Source: Candidatus Cloacimonadales bacterium (GTDB lineage Bacteria > Cloacimonadota > Cloacimonadia > Cloacimonadales > JAIOQZ01). From it: a stretch of 64,000 bases of DNA. Numbering within the stretch: position 1 is the first letter of the stretch; each line of letters begins with the position of its first letter. The position numbers and the translations under genes are program-made. The notes beneath the pieces are model-generated. The model saw only the letters and a list, made by a program, of their open reading frames with translations. It ran no database searches and had not been told where the DNA came from. This document shows positions 48,888 through 58,324 of this stretch, in pieces. The DNA is taken from the NCBI GenBank assembly GCA_963674825.1, contig OY771587.1, positions 1,888,001 to 1,952,000 of the forward strand, written 5' to 3'.

Positions 48888-49698
48888 TTGCATAAACGAA
48901 AACCTGATCGTCATCAATCCGAAGGTTAAAGACAAGAAGGACCTCTTCGAGAAGATGGTGAATCATGTGTATAATCAGGACATCATTCGTGATCACAAGG
49001 CGTTTCTCAAAGCTGTGAAGCAGCGTGAAGAAACCGCAAACACCGAGCTGATCGCCGAAGTAGCGCTGCCACATGCCCGGGATATTAGCTGCGAGAAGCT
49101 ATTCCTCTGCATTATTGTGCTTAAGGATGGGATCGATTATGGCAACCCGGAAATGGGCCCGGCGAAGATCATCTTTTTCTTCGGTGCGCCTCCGGGAGAA
49201 AATCGCGAGTACCTGCAACTGCTTGCGAAGTCGTCGCGCCTACTGAAGAAAGACGAGTTCCGCCACGAGATTTTGAATGCGAAAAACCCTTCCGAAATTC
49301 TGGCGCTGATCAACCGTTACGAAGAGAAAGAAAAAAGGCCGGAAGCAAGCGCACGATACAGCCTGACCGTAGTTCTGCACAATCCGGATTTTCTTGACGG
49401 ATTGCTCTCCGCACTCGTAGAACTTGGCATAACAAATGCTTCCATTGTTGACAGTATTTCAATGGCGAGAAAACTTGCATACGAAATGCCCGTCTTTGCC
49501 GGACTCAGCTACATGTCACCCGGAAAAGACGAACGATCGCTGCTTGTTCAATGCGTGGTAAACGAGCAGAACGTGGCACGAAGGCTTTATGAATTACTGC
49601 GCGAATTCAAGATTGATCTGGATCAGCCGGGAACCGGTTTCCTCTACATGACACGACTGGAGGAGCTGTTCGGCAATCCGGAAGAAATGGTGGAATAG
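48877..49698 (+). CDS. PTS EIIA domain with PII-like C-terminal domain
   Basis: RE...NTEL..VALPHAR, GIDYG; C-terminal LDGLLSALVELGITNASIVDS..MPVFAGL..DLDQPGTGFL. GGAGG RBS. Confidence 0.82.
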   Translation: MWNDCINENLIVINPKVKDKKDLFEKMVNHVYNQDIIRDHKAFLKAVKQREETANTELIAEVALPHARDISCEKLFLCIIVLKDGIDYGNPEMGPAKIIFFFGAPPGENREYLQLLAKSSRLLKKDEFRHEILNAKNPSEILALINRYEEKEKRPEASARYSLTVVLHNPDFLDGLLSALVELGITNASIVDSISMARKLAYEMPVFAGLSYMSPGKDERSLLVQCVVNEQNVARRLYELLREFKIDLDQPGTGFLYMTRLEELFGNPEEMVE

Positions 49699-50267
49699 TG
49701 AAGATATATATCATGCGGCATGGCGATTCGACCCACCTGGTGGGCGATTTCCAGCAGAAGACAACGTGGAAGGAATTCAGGAAAGAACTTCCGTCATGGG
49801 ACAGCGCACAACTCACCGAGCTGGGAATCCAGCAGGTAAAGGATGCGTCCGTCAAATGGAAAGGCACCTTCAATCGTATCTTCCACAGTCCGTTGCCGCG
49901 TGCCACCGATACCGCGTCATACATGAACCAGCAGGCCAACGTTCCCATGGAACCCATGCCCGAGCTTCGTGAGATCGACACCCGGTCGCTTCCACTTCCG
50001 CCGTGGATTCAGTTGACGCTCTACAACTGGTTTATCTACACCTTCTTCAATTCGCTCTTTGATTTCGGCCTATTCAAAATCATGCGCACCGCATCTCGGA
50101 TCATGCACCGGGCACAGCGTTGCCACGAGCCGGTGTTGCTCGTCTCACACAAGGCTCGAATTATGTCGCTGATGTTCTGGGTTTGGCTCAAGCCGGGCTG
50201 GCGCATCGTTTCCAGCATCACCGATCCCGCCGGCGTCACCGTCGTCGAGTGCCCGGATAAGAAGTAG
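49698..50267 (+). CDS. Histidine phosphatase family protein
   Basis: YIMRHG, LT.LG..Q, SPLPRA..TA, LREI, LVSH. Confidence 0.85.
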   Translation: MKIYIMRHGDSTHLVGDFQQKTTWKEFRKELPSWDSAQLTELGIQQVKDASVKWKGTFNRIFHSPLPRATDTASYMNQQANVPMEPMPELREIDTRSLPLPPWIQLTLYNWFIYTFFNSLFDFGLFKIMRTASRIMHRAQRCHEPVLLVSHKARIMSLMFWVWLKPGWRIVSSITDPAGVTVVECPDKK

Positions 50268-50465
50268 CCGCACGAATCTCTTTCTCAACCACTCATCATT
50301 TACCAGAAAAGTAGTTATCAGCCGTGTCATCCTGACAGAATCGAAGGCCCCACGATGGATATCACATCTTTATTGGTTTCATCAGAGCATCGCGTAAACC
50401 ATAACACCGATTTTCTTGACATCCGCTAATCCTGTTGCTATTTAATGCGTCACGGAGGTATCCTG

Positions 50466-51629
50466 ATGAAAAAGATGTTGATTGCGCTTTCAATTCTTAT
50501 ATTGGTCGGAATGCTCAACGCCGTTACATACAAAATCGAACTGACGTGGGACGAATTCGAGGGCGAACTCAACGGCGTCCTCACCGGTACCTACGACGAA
50601 GATACCGGTTTTGTGCAGGGCGTGGGAAGCGAATCTGCGCTGGATGGAAAAATCGTCTCACTGGGCGAAGACCATGGAGCAAATGCACGCCAGACCTTCG
50701 AGGTACGCGCTGAAGACGGACTCTATTCCTTCTGGATTCGCGACAAATTTGCCGATCAGGATATCAATGCGGACATGGAGCTCATAGCCAATGCAAAACC
50801 CAAGGTTGTGATTTCAAGAGATGACTTTCCCCTCGAGACGATCGAAGTGCCGCAGTCGTACGGGCTCGTTTGCAAAGTATTTACGCTGGATGCCGGATCA
50901 GGTGAAGTCGATCGCGAGATACGCTATTTCCCGAAGAACCGGATCATCATGGCGCAGGCCGTACATGCTGTAACCGGCGATCCACTGCCGGATGTTAAGG
51001 TCTCTGCGTCGGCGATTACCGGCAGCTTCATCGAATTGCAGGAGGTGGATAATGGCGTGTATGTGGCAGAAGTAGAGACGGGCGATTACGAGCTCAGCTT
51101 TCATAAGGAAGGCTTCATTCCGGTAAGCTTCAAGGTCAACATGGGTTTCGACGAAAATCCGCGTGAAGTGATCTGCGCAATGACGCCGGAGCTGAAAGAC
51201 ATCCGTATCGTATTGACCTGGGGTTCGCGTCCGAAAGACCTTGACGCTCATCTGAGCGGTCCTGATCCGGATGGCGGTGACTTCCATATCTGGTACCGTC
51301 ATCGGGTGCTCGTGGCTGGAAGGGATTTCCTCGATCGCGACGACACCAGCAGCTACGGCCCGGAAACCATCACCATCTACAAACCCGCGCAGGGTGAATA
51401 TTATTACGCGGTTCACGACTACTCGAATCGTCATTCCAAACGAAGCAAACGACTCTCCGCCAGCGGAGCAAGGGTTCAGGTTTACGGCGACGGCAGGCTC
51501 TTGAATTCGTTCGAAGTGCCCCGCAACAAACGAGGAACCGTCTGGCATGTCTTTAAAATCGACAAGAATAACCAGGTTGTGCCGACAAACACCGTGGATT
51601 ACGTCGATCGCGGAGAAGATATTCGCTGA
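50466..51629 (+). CDS. Secreted protein with PEGA/carboxypeptidase-regulatory-like and YfaP/DUF2135-like domains
   Basis: Signal peptide; RIVLTW...DLDAH...LDRDDTSSYGPETITI...YYYAVHDY. Confidence 0.75.
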   Translation: MKKMLIALSILILVGMLNAVTYKIELTWDEFEGELNGVLTGTYDEDTGFVQGVGSESALDGKIVSLGEDHGANARQTFEVRAEDGLYSFWIRDKFADQDINADMELIANAKPKVVISRDDFPLETIEVPQSYGLVCKVFTLDAGSGEVDREIRYFPKNRIIMAQAVHAVTGDPLPDVKVSASAITGSFIELQEVDNGVYVAEVETGDYELSFHKEGFIPVSFKVNMGFDENPREVICAMTPELKDIRIVLTWGSRPKDLDAHLSGPDPDGGDFHIWYRHRVLVAGRDFLDRDDTSSYGPETITIYKPAQGEYYYAVHDYSNRHSKRSKRLSASGARVQVYGDGRLLNSFEVPRNKRGTVWHVFKIDKNNQVVPTNTVDYVDRGEDIR

Positions 51630-51645
51630 TTTTGCCCAAAAGCAA

Positions 51646-51673
51646 GAACGACAACCGGTTAGGGTTGTCGTTC
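51646..51673. terminator. Hairpin between convergent genes
   Basis: GAACGACAACC...GGTTGTCGTTC, an 11-bp stem. Confidence 0.7.
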
Positions 51674-51692
51674 CATCAAGCGAAGATTGATG

Positions 51693-53438
51693 CTATTTCA
51701 GTAGCATTGCCTTGACCGTGCTACTTTCTTCGGCAGTATTCATACGGATGAGGTAGGTTCCGTTCGAGACATTTTTTCCTGACTGATCCGTCCCATCCCA
51801 TGTCACGCGATGCTCACCGTCGCTCATCAATTGGTTCACGAGAGAACGAACTTTCTGACCGCGAATATTGAACACGGCAACTTCCACATGTCCGGCCATT
51901 CTTAAGGAGAAGCTGATCGTTGTGTTTGGATTGAACGGGTTCGGATAGATGCTGTTAATCCCTGTAATATAGGTTACGTCTGGAGATTCTTCCTGTTCTT
52001 GTTCATCCGAAGTAAGTGTTACCGATACAGGACCGAAAAACTCGGAATGTCCGTCGAGCTCGACGCTTTCAAGCCAGTAATTGTAGGTTGTCTCGGTCTC
52101 AACATCCGAATCGACGTAGCTGTAGATGTTTTGCGACGATGAATTGTGCGGAGAGACGTAGTTCAGGTTGATTTTCGTCGCTTCTTCGAGTTCATCGCTC
52201 TGGTTGCGATAAATGTTGTACCCAATGAGGTCGCATTCGGACTCGGTCTGCCACTCGATCTGAACGAACGAACTGGCAGTTACGGATGCGGTAAAAGACG
52301 AGAGTTCGACTGGGAGTGAACCGTCATAGAAAGTGAACATAAGTATGATAGAAGGATAACCATCATTCATCTCACTGCTGATCATCCAGTAATCGTCAGA
52401 GCCGTTATCGCTTTCATAGACGAAATCCCAGCCGACGGCCGTGTACATATTGGGAAGGTCGTACGATTCGGTCGTCATCTGTGCGGTTGTTTTGCCAAGT
52501 ACAGTGCCTTCCGAGCTTGTTGCCTGAGATGTATCCATGTCCCAGAAACAGCCCATGATTGTTCCACCGCTGTCTTTTCCGCAGAAGCCATAGCTGTCTT
52601 GAATAGTAGAGTTAACGGTTACGGTACCTGTAGAATAGCAGTTCAAGATGAATGTATCATTGTCTCCCACAAATCCACCGATTTTCAGGAGATCGGGTAT
52701 TGTATTCTCGCAAGAGGCATTGCCCATGCTGTAACAATTGCGGATTAAGCCTGAATTCCATCCGACAAATCCACCAGCGCTGCCTTCCTCGGAATGCACT
52801 GCAACATCCGAGTTCGAAAGCTCAGTCAGGCCATCGTTCATACCAACGAGTCCACCAAGCATCCCGCCGATTCCGTTAACGGAGCCCATGCTGCTACAAT
52901 ACGATACGGTTCCGCCATTGTAACCGACGATGCCACCACCGCATTCGGTATTTACCATGACAGATCCCATCGTAATCACATGGTCGATAAATCCCAGAGA
53001 TGTACCGGCGACACAACCGATGTTGCTTCCGCCCGAAATATCGCAATTAATGATAAACAGTTGCTCGACTCTTGCTGTGGGTGAAAGCACGCCAAACAGC
53101 CCTGCGTTACCGGCTTCACCTGTGTTGCAATACAGATCGAAAATCCCGCAACCCCAGCCGTAATAGGTTCCCGTGAACTGCTCCATGAAGTATCCTATCG
53201 GGCTCCAGCCACTGCCTTCGTTCCATTCAGTGATTTCTGCAGGGAAAGTGATGTCGTTGATCTGTGCGAAGTGCTTGTCCCATGAGGTCGGATTTTCGGA
53301 TATCCACCACAGGTTTTGCCATGATGTGACGATGTACGGATTTCCGGCGGTTCCTCCGCCAATTGGTTGTATGGCTGTTTGAGCCATGATGATCATTGTA
53401 CTCACGAGAAATAATACGAAAAGCAGTCCCTTTTTCAT
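51693..53438 (-). CDS. Secreted GLUG-repeat protein with LPVELSSF module and FlgD-Ig/CTD
   Basis: G.GT..NPY.V, repeated GG.VG.N motifs, LPVELSSFTA, IYPNPFNP...KAMLLK. Confidence 0.85.
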   Translation of the reverse strand: MKKGLLFVLFLVSTMIIMAQTAIQPIGGGTAGNPYIVTSWQNLWWISENPTSWDKHFAQINDITFPAEITEWNEGSGWSPIGYFMEQFTGTYYGWGCGIFDLYCNTGEAGNAGLFGVLSPTARVEQLFIINCDISGGSNIGCVAGTSLGFIDHVITMGSVMVNTECGGGIVGYNGGTVSYCSSMGSVNGIGGMLGGLVGMNDGLTELSNSDVAVHSEEGSAGGFVGWNSGLIRNCYSMGNASCENTIPDLLKIGGFVGDNDTFILNCYSTGTVTVNSTIQDSYGFCGKDSGGTIMGCFWDMDTSQATSSEGTVLGKTTAQMTTESYDLPNMYTAVGWDFVYESDNGSDDYWMISSEMNDGYPSIILMFTFYDGSLPVELSSFTASVTASSFVQIEWQTESECDLIGYNIYRNQSDELEEATKINLNYVSPHNSSSQNIYSYVDSDVETETTYNYWLESVELDGHSEFFGPVSVTLTSDEQEQEESPDVTYITGINSIYPNPFNPNTTISFSLRMAGHVEVAVFNIRGQKVRSLVNQLMSDGEHRVTWDGTDQSGKNVSNGTYLIRMNTAEESSTVKAMLLK

Positions 53439-53512
53439 TTTCAGTGTCTCCTTAAGTTTTATCGTTTACGTTGGAAATTCGTGTACTGTTTGAGCGTCAA
53501 AATCCCTAATAT

Positions 53513-53527
53513 ACAATTATGGTGCCA
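53513..53527 (-). promoter_or_regulatory. Sigma54 promoter variant TGGCAC-CATAA-TTGT
   Basis: GG-N10-GT, 75 bp upstream of the 53438 start; IHF-like TATCAG-TTCT-TTA at 53534-53546. Confidence 0.72.
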
Positions 53528-53610
53528 ATAGCGTAAAGAACTGATAAAGAATGAGATATGTTGAGGTGTGTGGTTTGGGTAGAGCAAGGGGAGAAAATAA
53601 AGGTCACAAA

Positions 53611-53628
53611 GCTGACGAATTCGTCAGC
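53611..53628. promoter_or_regulatory. Palindrome GCTGACG-AATT-CGTCAGC, putative UAS
   Basis: Same motif as at 18449 and 18547. Confidence 0.7.
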
Positions 53629-53825
53629 TATATTGACAGAGAATAGAAGAGCAATTCAGTGATGTTTGCTATCTTGCTGGGATGTGGTATAAACGATTTG
53701 GTGAAAAGAAAAATACTATCTGTATATTTTACTATAAGATGGCATATACAAAAATGTGATGACAGTGCATTCCTTGTGTTTTGCCGAAACAGATGGGTTG
53801 GTCATTATTCCTAAATCGTCAACCA

Positions 53826-53840
53826 TGACGAATTCGTCAG
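53826..53840. promoter_or_regulatory. Palindrome TGACG-AATT-CGTCAG, putative UAS
   Basis: Fourth copy of the motif. Confidence 0.65.
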
Positions 53841-53994
53841 GGTGCCGTCCAATTTCTATGCTTTATATTGCGAAAAGAAGCTTCTGAACTGCATGTCGTT
53901 AAAAGCTGTGCAAATAATACAGAATTTCTTTGCCTAAAATCCCTATGTTCGATTCTATTGATTGCAGAAAAACGATAGTTTCACGGAGTGATTA

Positions 53995-55161
53995 TTGGAA
54001 GCAATACGGCTTGAAAATTTGAGCAAGGCTTTCGAGCCTCTGATGGCGGTGGATAACGTCAATCTAAAGATCGAGCAGGGCGAGCTTTATTCGTTTCTTG
54101 GCCCGAGCGGCTGCGGTAAAACCACGCTCTTGCGAATGATCGCCGGTTTCGAAGTGCCTACCGATGGCAGGATATTCATCGCGGGACAGGACATCACGGA
54201 TGTGCCGGCTTATAAGCGAAAAGTAAACACCATCTTCCAGAACTATTCCCTCTTTCCGCATATGACCGTGTTCGACAACACCGCGTTCGGACTGCGTATC
54301 CAGAAGATCCGCAAGAGCGAGATCGAAGATCGAGTCATGGAAATGCTGAAGCTGGTGAAGATGGAAGATCAGGCAGCGAAATTTCCGCGTCAGCTCAGCG
54401 GTGGCCAGAAACAGCGTATCGCTATTGCGCGTGCTCTGGTCAACCGGCCAGAAGTTTTGCTGCTCGACGAACCGCTTGCGGCGCTGGATCTCAAGCTGCG
54501 TCAGCACATGCTCATCGAGCTGATGAACATCCACGACGCGGTGGGAATCACCTTCATCTACGTCACGCACAACCAGGACGAAGCGATGAGTATCTCCGAT
54601 CGGATCGCGGTCATGAACCGTGGCCAGATCATTCAGGAAGGTCCGCCGGATGATATCTACGAACGCCCTCAGAGCATCTTCGCGGCGTATTTCATTGGCG
54701 ACACAAATATGATCCCCGCGACAGTGCTGGGTATCGAAGACAACTACGTCGATCTGCGCTACGAATCGAAGACCGGCGAAGGATTCGAATTCGATAGCAC
54801 TTTCCAGCGCGTTCCCGAACTCGGACAGAATATTACCGTCTCGCTACGCCCCGAGAAGATTGCCATTTCCCGCTCAAAGCCTGAGGACCAGGAAGATTTC
54901 AACGTACTCAAGGGCGTGATCGAGGACATTCTTTACCTCGGCACTCATACCCAGTATATCGTGCGGGTCGATGACCTGCGTTTCCGCGTTTTCAACCAGC
55001 ATAAACGCGTCTATTTCGACGATAAAGCATTGGACTGGGAGGAAGAAGTTTACCTCTACTGGCACGACACCGACACTCATATCATCGAGGAAGTTGAAGA
55101 GGATTATCGCCAGGAAGACCTCAACGTTCTCGATCAGACCAATCTGGAAAGCAGGCACTGA
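53995..55161 (+). CDS. potA: Polyamine ABC transporter ATPase
   Basis: GPSGCGKTT, FQNYSLFPHM, LSGGQKQR, LDEPLAALDLKLR, TOBE-like tail. Confidence 0.88.
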   Translation: MEAIRLENLSKAFEPLMAVDNVNLKIEQGELYSFLGPSGCGKTTLLRMIAGFEVPTDGRIFIAGQDITDVPAYKRKVNTIFQNYSLFPHMTVFDNTAFGLRIQKIRKSEIEDRVMEMLKLVKMEDQAAKFPRQLSGGQKQRIAIARALVNRPEVLLLDEPLAALDLKLRQHMLIELMNIHDAVGITFIYVTHNQDEAMSISDRIAVMNRGQIIQEGPPDDIYERPQSIFAAYFIGDTNMIPATVLGIEDNYVDLRYESKTGEGFEFDSTFQRVPELGQNITVSLRPEKIAISRSKPEDQEDFNVLKGVIEDILYLGTHTQYIVRVDDLRFRVFNQHKRVYFDDKALDWEEEVYLYWHDTDTHIIEEVEEDYRQEDLNVLDQTNLESRH

Positions 55162-55163
55162 TA

Positions 55164-56042
55164 ATGCCCATATCAATCAGTGAACAACGCCTGGACGAAA
55201 AGCGAAATACCCGGAGCTGGATACTATCCGCACCGGTGATTATATGGCTGGTGATCTTCTTTTTGATTCCCTATCTGATCATCTTCCTCTACAGCTTTCT
55301 GACAACCAATGTGTATGACGTGCAGTTTCGGTTCTCGTTGGACGCATTCCGGCAGGTTTTTCGACCAATTTACCTGAAGCCGTTCCTGCTCGCGTTCCGG
55401 CTTGCCACTATAACAACCGCACTTTGTCTCATTCTGGGATACCCTGTTGCTTACCACATTGCGAGAAGCTCACAGAAGATGAAAAATTACCTGCTGCTTC
55501 TCATCATTATCCCGTTCTGGACCAATTTTGTGATCCGCATCTTTTCATGGCGGGTCTTTCTTTCTGCAAACGGCGTTCTGAATGAAACGCTTATGTATTT
55601 CAACCTGATCGACGAGCCATTGCGACTGCTGCGTACCGATCTGGCAGTGATCCTGGTGACCGTTTATGTCTATCTGCCCTACATGATCTTTCCGCTTTAC
55701 AGCGCGATCGAGAAAATGGATTTCACGTTGCTCGATGCGGCCCGTGACCTCGGTGCGAACGAGGTGACATCATTCTTCAAAATCACCCTGCCGCTCTCGC
55801 GAGAAGGGATTGTCGCCGGGATTATCCTGGTGTTCATTCCAGCACTGGGAACGTACGTGATCCCGCACCTTGTGGGGCATCAGAACGCGCTTTACATAGG
55901 GCAGATTATCACCTACAAGATCAAGAACATCCCGCGAAACTGGCCGCTTGCCTCAGCGCTATCGCTTTCGCTGTTGATTCTGGTCAGCCTGATTCTTTTT
56001 TTCCTGACGCGGCGCTACAAGCGTGAAAGGAAGGTCTCATGA
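55164..56042 (+). CDS. potB: Polyamine ABC transporter permease
   Basis: GYPVAY, IPFWTN..IR, YLPYM.FPLY, DAARDLGA, NWPLASA. Confidence 0.85.
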   Translation: MPISISEQRLDEKRNTRSWILSAPVIIWLVIFFLIPYLIIFLYSFLTTNVYDVQFRFSLDAFRQVFRPIYLKPFLLAFRLATITTALCLILGYPVAYHIARSSQKMKNYLLLLIIIPFWTNFVIRIFSWRVFLSANGVLNETLMYFNLIDEPLRLLRTDLAVILVTVYVYLPYMIFPLYSAIEKMDFTLLDAARDLGANEVTSFFKITLPLSREGIVAGIILVFIPALGTYVIPHLVGHQNALYIGQIITYKIKNIPRNWPLASALSLSLLILVSLILFFLTRRYKRERKVS

Positions 56043-56833
56043 ATCGTCAACGCGGTTTCTACAAGGGGATGAACCTTACTCTTTTCACCTTCGCAATGAT
56101 CTTTCTGTATATTCCGATCATCATTATGATCGTTTACAGCTTCAATGATTCCAAGATCGTCGCCGGCTGGAAGGGATTTACCTTCAAATATTACGTCGAT
56201 CTGATGAATAACGAGAATATCAGGCTCGCTTTCCGCAACACCATGCTGATCGCGTTCCTTTCGACGCTGATCTCCACCGTTTTGGGTACGCTTGGGGCGC
56301 TGGCACTGGAAAACCTCCGTTTCAAGGGGCGGAAGCTGCTCAACATCCTTGTGTTCATTCCGCTGATCATGCCCGATATCCTCATGGGTGTTTCCATGGC
56401 GATGTTCTACAGCTTCCTGAGGGTCAAGACGGGGATGCTCACCGTCCTCATCGCGCATGTGACCTTCTGCCTCTCCTATGCGGTGATCGTGATCCGGTCA
56501 CGGCTGGAGGGCTTTGACGGATCGCTTTTGGAAGCGTCCATGGACCTGGGCGCGAATCCGTGGCAGACTTTTTTCAAGATCAAGCTGCCGCTGATGATGC
56601 CAGGGATCATCGCTGCAGCGCTGCTGGCGTTTACGCTGTCTATCGACGATTTCATCATCACCTTCTTTACCACGGGCCGAGGATTCAATACGCTGCCCAT
56701 CTATGTGGAAGGAGGTATCCGGCGCGGAACGATCACCACCATCAATGCGCTGTCGTCCCTGATGATAGCCGCGACAATCGTGATCGTGTTCCTCTCGAGG
56801 AGATTCCACAAGGCTATCTTGAAGCATCTGTAA
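56039..56833 (+). CDS. potC: Polyamine ABC transporter permease
   Basis: FLYIPI...YSFN, EASMDLGA, AFTLSIDDF, TLP. Confidence 0.85.
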   Translation: MNRQRGFYKGMNLTLFTFAMIFLYIPIIIMIVYSFNDSKIVAGWKGFTFKYYVDLMNNENIRLAFRNTMLIAFLSTLISTVLGTLGALALENLRFKGRKLLNILVFIPLIMPDILMGVSMAMFYSFLRVKTGMLTVLIAHVTFCLSYAVIVIRSRLEGFDGSLLEASMDLGANPWQTFFKIKLPLMMPGIIAAALLAFTLSIDDFIITFFTTGRGFNTLPIYVEGGIRRGTITTINALSSLMIAATIVIVFLSRRFHKAILKHL

Positions 56834-56917
56834 CCCCGAAACCTCTTCCTTTGGGCGGAAATCAGGAAATTCCTTTACAATTTCATGCCGCGTATTCATT
56901 CTTTCGATGAGGTGAAT

Positions 56918-57373
56918 ATGTCGGTATTTTCAGAGGAATTGATTTTTATCCATCCGGAATGTGCAGAAAAACGAGACTGCTTAAAAAATATGGTCACGGT
57001 TTTACAGAACCGTGGTTATATAGAAGAGGACGACGATTTTCTGCAGAAAGTATTGGAGCGCGAGGATACGATGACCACCGGCATCGGATACGGAATCGCC
57101 ATTCCGCATGGACGCAGCAAGTCGGTGCGCGAGCTGAAAATCCTCGTATATATCCTTGACAAGGCGATCGATTTCAACTCGATTGACCGACAACCGGTAC
57201 AATTGATCTTCATGTTTGCCGTTCCACTGGATGGCAAGGAGAAATACATGCCGGTTTTGGGTGCGGTAACGACGTTTCTGCGTGATCGTGATAACCGCAA
57301 AAGACTGATTGAAACCACATCCCTCGAAGAGGCGATGGAAATACTGCACGAGATAAAAATCGGGAGTGAATGA
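56918..57373 (+). CDS. Stand-alone PTS EIIA (Fru/Ntr-type)
   Basis: RE..MTTGIGYGIAIPHGRS, IDFNSID..PV.LIF; GAGG RBS. Confidence 0.88.
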   Translation: MSVFSEELIFIHPECAEKRDCLKNMVTVLQNRGYIEEDDDFLQKVLEREDTMTTGIGYGIAIPHGRSKSVRELKILVYILDKAIDFNSIDRQPVQLIFMFAVPLDGKEKYMPVLGAVTTFLRDRDNRKRLIETTSLEEAMEILHEIKIGSE

Positions 57374-58324
57374 ATGCGTATCAGACGTTTGACCGTCCTT
57401 GCCGTCCTGTTGATGTCGGCAACCCTCTCCTTTGCGATACATGATGACGCGGGAACCACGGGATTCAGTTTCCTGAGGATGAATTTTTCCACGCACGCAG
57501 CCGCCATGGCTAACGCCTTTACCGCCGATACCGGCACCGCCGACGGAGTTTTCTTCAATAGCGCGGGTCTAACCCGTACAAAGGGTACCATTTTTTCCGT
57601 CTCCGGTATGAGCTATATCGAAGGTTTCTACGGTGGTTCAGCCGTATTCGTGAAACCGATCCAGGATCAGGTCAAGCTGGCCGTGTTCACTCAGACACTC
57701 ACCAAATCCGGAATCACACGTACTACTGTTGATGAAAACGGTTATTACGGTGGTGAAGACGGAACCTACGGCGCTTCCAACTTCGTGTTCGGCCTTGGCT
57801 CCGGCTTCACGGTAGCACCGGTTATCGACGCCGGTATCAACGTGAAGTATATCCACGAATCGATCGACGACAAAAGCGCTTCTGCTATCGCGATCGACGT
57901 CTCGCTTCTACATCAGACGGTTAACGAAGACATCCGTGTTGGCTTGGCTATGAAAAACCTCGGTTCGCAGATTACCTATTATACCGATGAAGAGCACGAC
58001 GAAGGCCTTCCCTTTGGATTCACCGCCGGTATGAATTATACACCCACCAAGAAGATGACCATCGATTTTGATGTGGAAATCCCTATGGAATACGATGTTA
58101 CCGGACGCCTCGGCGCTCAGTATATGCTGCATGACATGCTTGCGCTACGCGCGGGATATAAGTACGAAGGACATCAGTGGAAAACCGGCGGCGACTACGA
58201 CCTATTCTCCGGTATCTCCTGTGGTTTCGGTGTTTACTGGAACAACTTCATCATTGATTACGCGGTGAGTTCTTACGGCGATCTTGGATTTGTTAATCAG
58301 GCGTCTGTGAGCTATTCATTCTAG
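57374..58324 (+). CDS. PorV/PorQ-family outer-membrane beta-barrel protein
   Basis: Signal peptide; GTTGFSFLR...AAAMANA...FFNSAGL; alternating beta strands; C-terminal Phe. Confidence 0.75.
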   Translation: MRIRRLTVLAVLLMSATLSFAIHDDAGTTGFSFLRMNFSTHAAAMANAFTADTGTADGVFFNSAGLTRTKGTIFSVSGMSYIEGFYGGSAVFVKPIQDQVKLAVFTQTLTKSGITRTTVDENGYYGGEDGTYGASNFVFGLGSGFTVAPVIDAGINVKYIHESIDDKSASAIAIDVSLLHQTVNEDIRVGLAMKNLGSQITYYTDEEHDEGLPFGFTAGMNYTPTKKMTIDFDVEIPMEYDVTGRLGAQYMLHDMLALRAGYKYEGHQWKTGGDYDLFSGISCGFGVYWNNFIIDYAVSSYGDLGFVNQASVSYSF

